Source of the DNA: Octopus vulgaris
Lineage: Eukaryota
Length of the DNA stretch: 64,000 bases
Direction of reading: 5' to 3'
NCBI GenBank assembly: GCA_951406725.2
Contig: OX597823.1
Span: 98,394,001 to 98,458,000 of the forward strand
In this document: positions 1 to 11,474 of the stretch, piece after piece
How the letters are laid out: each line of letters begins with the position of its first letter
How positions within the stretch are numbered: position 1 is the stretch's first letter
Made by a program: the position numbers and the translations under genes
Notes under the pieces: model-generated
The model's database searches: none
Seen by the model: the letters and a program-made list of their open reading frames with translations, nothing else
Told to the model about the DNA's origin: nothing

Positions 1-58
1 AAAATGTCATCTTTATACATCAGTGTGAGTCCTTGTTTTCTAAACCCATGTTCTTAAG

Positions 59-189
59 ATTCAAATATCGAGAAAAATCTGTCTGATGTCAAATTAGAAC
101 AACACTTTAAGTGTGGAAGCTGTGAGATGTATGAACCAGTTTTCAACAAGTTCAGTGGAGATTTGCTGCAACGAAGTGAAGATGAATGA
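59..189 (+). CDS. Candidate terminal coding exon of an unidentified gene
   Basis: Pyrimidine-rich run and AG at 57-58. Phase-1 reading gives (D)SNIEKNLSDVKLEQHFKCGSCEMYEPVFNKFSGDLLQRSEDE* (TGA 187-189). An in-frame stop lies just upstream of the acceptor. No homology recognised. Confidence 0.25.
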
Positions 190-339
190 GAATTATTTCT
201 GACTTTCGTTGTCTCATGTATGCATTATACAGCATTTAATGTCATTATACCTGTGTTTATGTATCAAATGATTCCATGACTGACACATTTGCACACATAC
301 GGAAGTCTGTATGTATGTGCATAAATGGGTGTGTATATA

Positions 340-560
340 TCTTATATAAAATCTGTTCTGTCTGTCTGTCTGTTTGTGTGTCTTCTCGGATCTCGGGCAT
401 CCTCCATCTGATTGCGCTCAGATTTGATATGTAGATACCGACGGTATCAGGGCGTGTATAAGTCTTGAAAAAATTACAAAAATCGATTCCAGGTGAGAAT
501 GCGATTGATAAAGCTGTTTTTGTCCTGCTTTTCTCCTATCAACCTGTACATAACTGCACC
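340..560 (+). mobile_element. 5' part of a non-autonomous Helitron-like element
   Basis: A|TCTTATATAAAA start, then a (TCTG)n tract and a ctgattgcgctcagatttgatatgtag motif. Same layout as the 5' end of the Helitron at 6964-7720. 3' CTAG end not located; right boundary approximate. Confidence 0.5.
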
Positions 561-849
561 TTCCATTTTTTGTTGTATTTGTACTGCTTAAAGGCACGTT
601 TCTTTCCTGCCAAGCTTACTGTTTAAACCATGTTTGTGTTCTCCCAGCCTTATCATTACTGGTACTTTAAACTCTTCAGTTGCATATTTGTGTGAATAAA
701 ATCGTTTTTCTTTGGAATAGAAAAAAAGTCTATCTTTATTTCTTCTTTTGCTGGTGTCTCAAATTTAGGTTAAATCAGTGTTTCTCAAAGGGGAGGCCTA
801 TGGGACGGTCGGACAATTTTTTTTTTTTTTTTTTTAAATCCTTATACAG

Positions 850-3030
850 AAACACACACACGCATACCCATGTATCCACGACCCCCCCCCCCAACATACC
901 TACTTCCAACACACCTACCTCCAACACACCACACACATACAACCTACACACACTTGTATGCACACATACTTCCACACCTACACATACACCCACACACGCC
1001 CACGCACACATGCCCGTGCACACACACCAACAACCAATACCCATACAGATACACACACCCTTATAAACACCTAGTAGAGACACACACACACATACACACA
1101 CGTCACGCACATGTACATTACGCCCACACAACCCCAGAGGAAACCCCACGCACACACACATACATCCACACACACATACATACGTACACACATACATACA
1201 TACACTCACACATTCATACATACATACATACATACACACACACAAACATACACATACACACACACACATACATACATACATACATACATACACACATACA
1301 TACACACATACACACACATACATACATACATACACACACACATACACACACACATACATACATACATACACACACATACACACACACACATACACATACA
1401 TACATACACACGCACTCACATGCACACATACATGCATACATACACACACACATACACGCATGCACACATATACATATATTTGTATCTAGGCGCACGCTTT
1501 ATAGTTGAGGGATTGTTGGTGATGGGATTTTTGGTGTGGGTGTTTGTGGGTCCGCAGGCTCAGCGCGCCTTGGGATACGGCCGGCCCCATATGCGTGCTT
1601 GTGTGTGTGTGTGTGTATACATACATACATACATGCATGCATGCACGTGCGCACACATACATACCTACATACATACACACACACTTACACACATACACAC
1701 ACACATACATGCACACACATACACACACACACACATACATACATATATACATACAGACATACACACATACACTCACACATACATACACACACACACATAC
1801 ATACACACCCACATACACGCATACACACACACACACGCATACATACATACTTTACGCCCACACAACTCCAGAAGAAACCCCACGCACACATGCATACATT
1901 CACACACACACACACACATACGTACACACACATACATACATACATTCATACATTCATTCACATATACATACATACACACACACACACAAACATACGCATA
2001 CACACACATACATACACACATACATATACACATACACACATACATACATACACACACACACACATACACACACATACATATACGCACATACACATATACA
2101 TACACACATACACACACATACATACACACGTGCATGCATATATACACATACAGACATACACGCATGCACACATACATACATACATACACACACGCACACA
2201 TACATACATACATACACACATACATACATACACACACAGTTACATACACACACACATACTTACATACACTCATACAGACATACATACATACAGACATACA
2301 GACATACACACTCACACGTACATACATACACACACACACCTACATACACACACGCATGCACACGCGTGCACACACACGCGCACATACATGCGCACACATA
2401 CATACATACATGCATGCCTGTGGGGTTGGCTTTGTTTCGGGCGTACGTCGGTGCATGCGTGTGTGTGCCTGTGGATTCGCATGTGCCCGCACCGGAAGAG
2501 TTTTTTTCCATCAGTCTTTCAGTTGTGGAGTGTGTCCTTGCAAGCATATATATACACACATATAAACATATAAACACACAAATAAACCCCTACATTTGTA
2601 CACACACGCACATACATACATATATTCACTCCCACGCACGTACACACACATGCACACACACACATTTACATATATATACAATACACGCATACACACATAC
2701 ACATGTACAAACACACACTAATTCACATACACACCGACACATATACATACACACAACATATACCTACATGCGCACGCACACATACACATATGTACACACA
2801 GATAAGCACAGACACACACATACATACGCACAACAAAACATGCGCACACATACGCGCGAAAAAACTCACAACCCCACGGATACACGCATATACATCCATT
2901 TACGCTTACACACGCACACATACATGCACACACAACTAACATACATGAACATACACGCACACACACATACAAACGCACACATACATGCACACACAACTAA
3001 CATACATGAACATACACGCACACACACATA
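850..3030. repeat. Degenerate compound (CA)n/(TACA)n microsatellite
   Basis: Direct inspection; source of the HT/YI/CV-rich spurious ORFs. Confidence 0.95.
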
Positions 3031-3380
3031 CCTCCCTGTTTTTGACCTGCCATTTTGACCTGCACCACTCCTTAATTCTACTACTGGCCTGCTACTGCCT
3101 GTTGTTCGCCATATACACACACACACACTTGTCATCATCGCACACCTTCTTTACCATTCCGTCTTTGATATAGCTCTCTTGTTTTTTAAAAACATTTTCA
3201 TCTACTTTCACCTTTTAGTATGTGACCTCGCCTGTATCACTAGCGATTTTTTTTTCCTCTGTCTTCCCTTCTCGGGATCTTTCCTTCTCCTATGTTTCCG
3301 ACGAAGAGCTCCGCTTGAAACGTCAAACCCTCCTTCTTTCCTGAGCGTCCAATAATACTTTATTTGTTCCACATCCTTGC
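3031..3380 (+). mobile_element. Pyrimidine-rich Penelope-like terminal (pLTR-type) fragment
   Basis: Carries a hammerhead-like motif at 3294-3328 and abuts a Penelope RT fragment. Confidence 0.5.
3294..3328 (+). ncRNA. Degenerate minimal type-I hammerhead ribozyme motif
   Basis: gttt-CCGACGA-a-gagc-tcc-gctt-GAAA-cg-TC-aaac. Stem I gttt/aaac, stem II gagc/gctt, palindromic ACGT in place of stem III. Core has C instead of U at position 4. Confidence 0.45.
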
Positions 3381-3418
3381 TATAAGGCCGTCATCCCTAT
3401 ATAAACCTGCATCTATAA

Positions 3419-3750
3419 ATGGGAATTCTATTTTTAGATTATGGAGAACAAAGGCTCCTAGGTTTATATAGGGATGACGGCCTTATAGCCACGCATAATC
3501 TAAACGGCCATGAATCAGATAGACTTAGGAAGGACCTTATTGCTTTCTTTCAAAGGATGGGCTTACGGGTTACAATAGATGCTAACCTGAATAATGTAGA
3601 TTTTTTAGACGTAAATTTTAATGTAAGGTCGGATAGATTTAAACCTTTCCGTAAGCCCAATGAAAAGCTATCATATATTAGCAAAGATTCGAACCATCCA
3701 CCAGTTATCCTTAGGAACTTAGTCAGTAATGTAGGTAGAAGAATATCTTC
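3419..3750 (+). pseudogene. Penelope-type reverse transcriptase fragment
   Basis: GLYRDDGL catalytic motif, VDFLDVNF, and FRKPNEKLSYISKDSNHPP (typical PLE RT C-terminal part). The ORF drifts into non-coding sequence after ~3750; no GIY-YIG domain. Confidence 0.85.
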
Positions 3751-4202
3751 TACCTACATTAGAAGCGCTACATCGATGATTTTAACTTGCGTGCGAGATA
3801 GATTGCGTGCATATATGTACGCATGCATTTATGTGTATATTTTAGATTTATATTTATACGTCTGTATATGTATGGCGTTTGCACGCATCCTTCTGTGTAT
3901 GTTGATATATATATGTACACTTTAATATAAATATGTATTGCAGTGTAATATTTATAATAAGTTTTAATTTCTATGCATTAATTATACTTTCTTCATTAAC
4001 GTCAATATGTATATTATTCAATGTAAGGTTTTTTCCTCGAATTTTATAATTTTTATAATTTTTTATATATATATACATATATTTTTGAGCTTTTTTTGAC
4101 CGTTATTTCTAAAGGGCCAATCAAACAAGTCCATTTTTTTAAAGGTGTAGCGTTTGTAAGAGTCTAGATTGAATTGATATATCGGTTCCATTCTAGCAAA
4201 AA

Positions 4203-4240
4203 CTGTCTGATGAACGGCAACGAGAAACTCAGAGTAACAG
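4203..4240 (+). ncRNA. Minimal type-I hammerhead ribozyme
   Basis: ctgt-CTGATGA-a-cg-gcaa-cg-a-GAAA-ctc-a-gag-TA-acag. Stem I ctgt/acag, GNRA-capped stem II with an A.A closing mismatch, near-palindromic stem III. Predicted cut after A4236. Confidence 0.75.
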
Positions 4241-4344
4241 ATTTTGTTGAATTTTTCTGCTGCTTTAAATAAAGCACATTACTCTACCACTGGTATTTGA
4301 GTACTCTTTTTTCCACCTTGTTTCACATTTATGTGTTTACTCCG

Positions 4345-4885
4345 ATATGTATATGTATATGTATATATATATATGTATATGTATATGTATATGTATATAT
4401 ATATATGTATATATGTATATGTATATATATATGTATATATATATATGTATATGTATATATGTATATATATGTATATGTATATGTATATATATATGTATAT
4501 GTATATATATATGTATATGTATATATATATGTATATATATATGTATATGTATATATATATGTATATATATATGTATATGTATATATATATATATGTATAT
4601 GTATATATATATGTATATGTATATATATATGTATATATATGTATATGTATATATATATGTATATGTATATATATATATGTATATATGTATATGTATATAT
4701 ATATGTATATATATATATATGTATATGTATATATATATGTATATATATATATATGTATATATATATGTATATATATATATGTATATGTATATATATATAT
4801 GTATATATATATATATGTATATGTATATATGTATATATATATATGTATATGTATATATGTATATGTATATATATATATGTATATG

Positions 4886-4930
<45 letters not shown>

Positions 4931-5194
4931 GTATATATATATGTATATGTATATATATATGTATATGTATATATATATATGTATATGTATATGTATATAT
5001 ATATATGTATATGTATATATATATGTATATGTATATATATATGTATATGTATATATATATGTATATATATATATATCGCATATGTATATATATATATATA
5101 TATATATATCGCATATGTATATATATATATATACATATATATACATATACATATGTATATATATATACATATGTATATATATATACATATATAC

Positions 5195-5225
<31 letters not shown>

Positions 5226-5290
5226 TATGTATATATATATACATACATATATACATATATATATATATACATACATATATATATATATAT
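4345..5290. repeat. (TA)n/(TATATG)n microsatellite
   Basis: Direct inspection. Confidence 0.97.
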
Positions 5291-6623
5291 CATCAAGGTA
5301 TTTGAGAGGGTGGTGAGATCTCGAATAACCCAATTTCTGGAAAGCAACAGACGGCTGATCTCCAACCAACATGGGTTCCGTAATGGAAGGGACTGCCTAA
5401 CGCAGCTCCTGCATCACTTTGAGGACATTTTGAGAGCTTTGGGAGAGGGCTCCAACACTGATGTCATCTACCTTGATTTCAGTAAGGCCTTCGACAGGGT
5501 CGATCACAAGATCCTATTGAAAAAACTATCCAACATTGGTGTCTCTGGAAAGTTACTGAAATGGATCAAGTGTTTCCTGACAGACAGATCTCAACATGTT
5601 GTAGTTGAAGGGGTAAAATCAAGCCCAGCCAAAGTCAGTAGTGGCGTTCCGCAAGGCACTGTGCTGGGCCCACTTCTTTTCATCATTTACATTAATGATA
5701 TTAATGACATCATCAAGCACAGCAACATAAAAATCTTTGCAGATGACTCCAAGCTACAGAAGGTCATAAATGAGGCGAGTGACCGGACATGCCTTCAGTC
5801 AGATCTACTGGCTGTTATCCAATGGGCAGAAAAAAACAATATGCTGCTGAACGAGGATAAATTTGAGCTAATCCACTTTGGAAAAGAGGATGCCCTGAAA
5901 CTCCCATACTCCCTTCCTTCAGGTGAAACTCTCGCGGCGTCCAACAACATCAGAGACTTGGGAGTAATTGTGGACAACAACATAAGCTGGGCCACTCATA
6001 TAAACACCAAAGTTGACATGGCCCGCAGAATGTGTTCCTGGATTCTCAGAACTTTCCAGTCGAGAGATATCCACACCATTATCCTTCTCTTCTCCACTTT
6101 TGCCCGACCCCACCTTGAATACTGTTGTCCACTGTGGTCTCCCCACACAATACAAGGTATCATAAAAGTTGAAGCACCTCAAAGGGCAATCACAAAAAAG
6201 ATAGATGGCATGACAGGCCTCGACTATTGGGGTCGACTAGAAAAGCTAAAACTCTATTCTCTCCAACGTCGTCGTGAGCACTACATCATCTGCATGATGT
6301 GGAAAATATTCCATCAGCATTGCCCAAATGATGTTGGCATCACCTTCAAGGTACATCCAAGGCTTGGGCCCCGTGCCATCCGCCCAAAACAAAAATCGCA
6401 CTCTCATCTCATAACAACAATACGGCACAATTAATTCACCTCAATTGGCCCCGCTCTCTTTAACATTACACCAAAACACATTAAAACAGAAACTGACCCT
6501 ATAGGGTTCAAGAAGTCTTTGGACAGATTCCTTCAAGAAATCCCGGATAAACCCCCTACACCCGGATATGTCTCTGTAAACAATAACTCTCTACTTGAGT
6601 GGGCCATAGTACCCAAATTCTGA
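5289..6623 (+). pseudogene. LINE ORF2 reverse transcriptase (CR1/L2 group) with one premature stop
   Basis: [70 protein letters not shown] at 6432-6434 is premature: the frame continues FTSIGPALFN...FKKSLDRFL...VPKF to TGA 6621-6623. Confidence 0.92.
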
Positions 6624-6715
6624 CTTGAAAGACTTCACCAGGTGGTGCTATTAAGTTAGACATGGCCTGGGCCAATAATGGCCGAAACCTATCAAAGTAT
6701 CAAAGTATCAAAGTA
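5289..6715 (+). mobile_element. 5'-truncated CR1/L2-group LINE
   Basis: RT reading frame, short 3' UTR and an (ATCAAAGT)3 tail at 6691-6714; (TA)n on both sides. Confidence 0.92.
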
Positions 6716-6732
6716 TACATATATATATATAT

Positions 6733-6789
<57 letters not shown>

Positions 6790-6878
6790 CATATATACAT
6801 ATATATATATATACATACATATATACATATATATATATACATATATATATATACATATATATATATACATATATATAT

Positions 6879-6949
<71 letters not shown>

Positions 6950-6963
6950 CATATATATATATA
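6716..6963. repeat. (TA)n microsatellite
   Basis: Direct inspection. Confidence 0.95.
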
Positions 6964-7720
6964 CTAGCAGTATCGCCCGGCGTTGCTCAGGTTTGTAAGG
7001 GAAATAACTATAAAGCATTTTTAGAGAGTTATTGCCAAAAAATAGAAAAAAATGATGGTAAATTTTTTTTGAGAGTTAAAACAGGTGGAGTTGCGTCCCC
7101 TAGACGGTCTGTGGTTTGGGTTTCTCATTCTCGACCCCATGTCGAATTTATCGATTTTTTTCAGAACTGGGGGAACTTTTCAAAATTTTCGCTGCGTTAG
7201 TTTTGAATTATGACATTGGGCTATGTGTGTGTCAAGTTTCATCAGAATCGGTTGAAAGCCGTGGTCAGAGTGAGGGTACGAGAAAACAGACACACAGAAA
7301 CACGCACAGACAAACTGCCGTTTATATAGAGAGAGATAGCAGTATCGCCCGGCGTTGCTCAGGTTTGTAAGGGAAATAACTATAAAGCATTTTTAGAGAG
7401 TTATAGCCAAAAAATAGCAAAAAAATGGAAAAAAATGATGGTAAATTTTTTTTGAGAGTTAAAACAGGTGGAGTTGCGTCCCCTAGACGGTCTGTGGTTT
7501 GGGTTTCTCATTCTCGACCCCATGTCGAATTTATCGATTTTTTTTCAGAACTGGGGGAACTTTTCAAAATTTTCGCTGCGTTAGTTTTGAATTATGACAT
7601 TGGGCTATGTGTGTGTCAAGTTTCATCAGAATCGGTTGAAAGCCGTGGTCAGAGTGAGGGTACGAGAAAACAGACACACAGAAACACGCACAGACAAACT
7701 GCCGTTTATATAGAGAGAGA
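6964..7720 (-). mobile_element. Head-to-tail dimer of a ~380-bp non-autonomous Helitron (copies 6964-7336 and 7337-7720)
   Basis: Minus strand reads A|TCTCTCTCTATATAAAC...CTAG|T with a GC-rich subterminal cgcccggcg segment, no TSD, inserted at an AT dinucleotide. The two copies are near-identical. Confidence 0.85.
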
Positions 7721-7817
7721 TATACATATATATATACATACATATATATATATACATATATATATATACATACATATACATATATATATATATATATATA
7801 CACATATATATACATAC

Positions 7818-7907
<90 letters not shown>

Positions 7908-7926
7908 CATATATATATATACATAC

Positions 7927-7957
<31 letters not shown>

Positions 7958-7997
7958 CATATATATATATACATACATTTATATATATACATATATA
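7721..7997. repeat. (TA)n/(TACA)n microsatellite
   Basis: Direct inspection. Confidence 0.95.
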
Positions 7998-8809
7998 TAT
8001 TTAAATAATGAGGGAGATAAATTAATATTAATTTTAATATCAATTTAAAACCAGTAGTCCAGCATACAAAAATCTGAGGAGTCAGAGAAAATTCTAATAT
8101 ATGTGTATATTGGCAGGGCTTACTGCTAGGGAGTTGGCCATATGCTAGAAATAGACCATCAACGGTCAAACTACAAGGAAATTCTCTAGAGGAAAAATAC
8201 AGCGAACACCAGAACCAATTTTGGCGGGCATGACAGATGAAAATTTATATAAAAAACAGAATTAAATGCATACCTCGGTTTCAGCCTTAACAAGAGAATT
8301 ACTTATGCAATCCAAATGTCCGTGCTTCTTCAGTGCATCCGTTCATAGTAATGTAAGCGGAAAAGCTAACCCCAGCTTTCGTGCCAGTACAGACACGTGT
8401 GTAGCTTTACCGATTACACTAGTGATAAAATTTCAAATGTCTTGGCTCTGGCGCGCTAATAAATTTCTGAGGCGAAGGGCTGCAGTAAATAATTCACTGC
8501 GGTTCGGGCTTAGTGCTAGAGAACGTATTTATTTCAATATTTAAATAATGAGGGAGATAAATTAATATTAATTTTAATATCAATTTAAAACCAGTAGTCC
8601 AGCATACAAAAATCTGAGGAGTCAGAGAAAATTCTAATATATGTGTATATTGGCAGGGCTTACTGCTAGGGAGTCGGCCATATGCTAGAAATAGACCATC
8701 AACGGTCAAACTACAAGGAAATTCTCTAGAGGAAAAATACAGCTTGACCGTTGATGGTCTATTTCTAGCATATGGCCGACTCCCTAGCAGTAAGCCCTGC
8801 CAATATACA
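7998..8809 (-). mobile_element. Non-coding Penelope-like/retrozyme-like element: 540-bp-period partial tandem plus terminal inversion
   Basis: Direct repeat 7998-8203 = 8538-8743. 8744-8809 is the inverted copy of 8644-8709. Hammerhead on the minus strand at 8266-8338. No recognisable ORF. Confidence 0.75.
8266..8338 (-). ncRNA. Type-I hammerhead ribozyme with enlarged loop II
   Basis: Minus strand: augca-CUGAAGA-agc-(~38 nt)-gcu-GAAA-cc-ga-gg-UA-ugcau. All core nucleotides canonical; stems I, II and III pair. Confidence 0.8.
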
Positions 8810-9074
<265 letters not shown>

Positions 9075-10950
9075 GTAGACTTGAGGTATTTCGTGTTGCA
9101 AGACAGTGTGTGAGAGAGAATCATGACGTGGTAGGAGAGAAATGTGTTCGCAAGGATGACGGTTCACTTGCGCTAAATGAGGATGCAAAGAGAGAGGTTT
9201 GGAGACGCCACTATGAAAGTTTGCTGAATGAGGAAAATGAATGGGATAAAGAGAGTCTGCCGAATGTCGACCCAACAGAGGGACCAGCAATCTGAGTTGA
9301 CAGTTCCTTAGTAGTTAAGGCAATTACAAGCATGAAAATAGGGAAAGCCCCAGGCCCATCAGGAATTACTGCAGAGATGCTCAAAATATCTGGTAGTGCC
9401 GGCTATAGCCTAGTCACCCGTATAGTTAACCAGGTGATACACGAAGGAGTCATACCCAATGACTGGTTTAGCAGCATAATAGTAAACTGCTACAAAGGTA
9501 AAGGTAACACCCTAGATACAAATAACTACAGGGGTATCAAGCTGCTGGATCAGGTAATGAAGGTTACGGAGAGGGTTATAGCCCAACTAATTAGAGAGAG
9601 AATTAGCTTAGATGAGATGCAGTTTGGGTTCGTGCCAGGGACAAGTACTACTGATGCTATATTCCTGGTAAGACAGCTGCAGGAGAAATACCTAGCCAAA
9701 GATAAGCCCCTGTACCTGGCTTTTGTTGACATGGAGAAAGCCTTCGACAGGGCCCCCCAATCCCTTATCTGGTGGTCAATGAGGAAACTAGGGATAGATG
9801 AATGGTTAGTTAGAGCTGTGCGAGCCATGTACAGAGACGCCGCTAGTAAGGTGAGGGTTGGCAACGAGTACAGTGAAGAATTCCAGGTAGAGGTTGGGGT
9901 CCACCAAGGCTCAGTCCTCAGCCCCCTCCTATTTATCATAGTCCTCCAGGCAATAACGGAGGAATTCAAGACAGGATGCCCCTGGGAGCTCCTCTATGCT
10001 GATGACCTTGCTCTAATTGCTGAGTCACTATCAGAACTGGAGGAGAAGTTTCAGATGTGGAAGCAAGGATTAGAATCGAAGGGCCTTAGAGTCAACCTAG
10101 CTAAAACCAAAGTCCTAATAAGTAGGAAGGTAGACAAATCCCAAACGCCTTCGGGTAGATGGCCCTGCTCGATCTGTAAAAATGGTGTTGGTAGAAACTC
10201 TATAAGGTGCACCAAGTGCAGGCTATGGACACATAAGAGGTGTAGCAATGTCAAAGGAAGGCTAACTAGGAAAATAGTTTTTGTATGTGGCAGATGCTCA
10301 GGTGCAATAAACACTGAAAATGTGCAGAGACCAACGTCTACCACGTTCCAGGGAGAAAAACTAGAAGTAGTTGATAGCTTCTGCTACCTAGGTGACCAAG
10401 TCAGTAGCGGGGGTGGGTGTGCTGAAAGTGTAACTGCTAGAGTAAGAATAGCCTGGGCAAAGTTTAGAGAGCTCTTACCCCTGCTGGTGACAAAAGGCCT
10501 CTCGCTCAGAGTAAAAGGCAGACTGTATGATGCATTTGTATGAACAGCCATGCTACATGGCAGTGAAACATGCGCTGTGACTGCTGAGGATATGCGTAAG
10601 CTCGCAAGAAATGAAGCCAGTATGCTCCGATGGATGTGTAATGTCAGTGTTCATAATCGACAGAGTGTAAGTACCTTGAGAGAAAAGTTGGACCTAAGAC
10701 GCCTCAGTTGTGGTGTGCAAGAAAGACGATTGTGCTAGTATGGTCATGTGGCAAGAATGGATGAAGATAGTTGTGTGAAGAAGTGCCACACCCTAGTGGT
10801 TGAGGGAACCTGTGGAAGATTTAGACCCAGGAAAACCTGGGACGTGGTGGTGAAGCACGACCTCCGAACTTTAGGTCCCACCGAGGAAATGACTAGAGAC
10901 CGAGACCTATGGAAGTATGCTGTGCGTGAAAAGACCGGCAGGACAAGTGA
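9075..10950 (+). pseudogene. RTE reverse transcriptase with PHD-like Cys/His insertion and several in-frame stops
   Basis: MKIGKAPGPSGI, NYRGIKLL, QFGFVPG, FVDMEKAFDR, GVHQGSVLSPLLF, LLYADDLAL, FCYLGD, MLHGSET. Stops at 9293-9295, 10541-10543 and 10736-10738. Confidence 0.92.
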
Positions 10951-11474
10951 GACCATAACCCATGGCCTCTATCTGGGATGTAGCCAGTCCACTTATGTAT
11001 ACCTTTCCTTCTTGGGGCACAAAACTCTACTTGTGAAGACCTGTTGAGGCAAGTAGAAATCAAAATCAAAATCGATCAACATCAATGGAAATTGTAGCTG
11101 TAATACCAGTGCCGGTGGCACGTAAGCGAACCATCAAAATGTGGTCATTGCCAGCACCACCCCGATGGGCCTCCGTGCGGGTGGCACGTAAAAAGCACCA
11201 TCCAATCATGGCCGTTGCCAGCCTTGCCTGGCCCCCATGCTGGTGGCATGTAAAAAGCACCCTCCGATCGTGGCCGTTGCCAGCCTCGCCTGCCCCCATG
11301 CTGGTGGTACGTAAAAAGCACCATCCGACCATGGCCGTTTGCCAGACCTGTCTGGCACCTGTGCAGGTGGCACGTAAAAAGCACCCACTACACTCACGGA
11401 GTGGTTGGCGTTAGGAAGGGCATCCAGCCGTAGAAACACTGCCATATCTGACTGGGCCTGATGAAGCCTTCTGG
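9075..11474 (+). mobile_element. 5'-truncated RTE-clade LINE (family A) with a long repeat-containing 3' UTR, cut short by a second LINE
   Basis: RT frame 9075-~10950. The 3' UTR has a cttgtgaagacctgttgaggcaag stem-loop, ~60-bp gtggcacgtaaaaagcaccatcc repeats and a ggagtggttggcgttaggaagggcatccag block. The (GAT)n tail seen in other copies is missing. Confidence 0.9.

Larger units (their letters stand above)
3381..4344 (+). mobile_element. Penelope-like retroelement, 5'-truncated and internally deleted
   Basis: RT fragment followed by an AT-rich 3' region with a hammerhead (4203-4240); ends at a (TA)n tract. Confidence 0.8.

Noticed and set aside
680-3173. Long HT/YI/CV-rich ORFs on both strands (also 4279-5372, 12946-15141, 16925-18481, 29586-30796)
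   Set aside because: Translations of stop-free dinucleotide/tetranucleotide microsatellites, not genes.
4347-5288. N-terminal ~310 aa of the 695-aa ORF
   Set aside because: Microsatellite read-through fused in frame to a truncated LINE RT.
9550-10344. Antisense ORFs over RTE-A (also 11981-12256 and 5795-6428 over other LINEs)
   Set aside because: Shadow ORFs of the RT coding strand.
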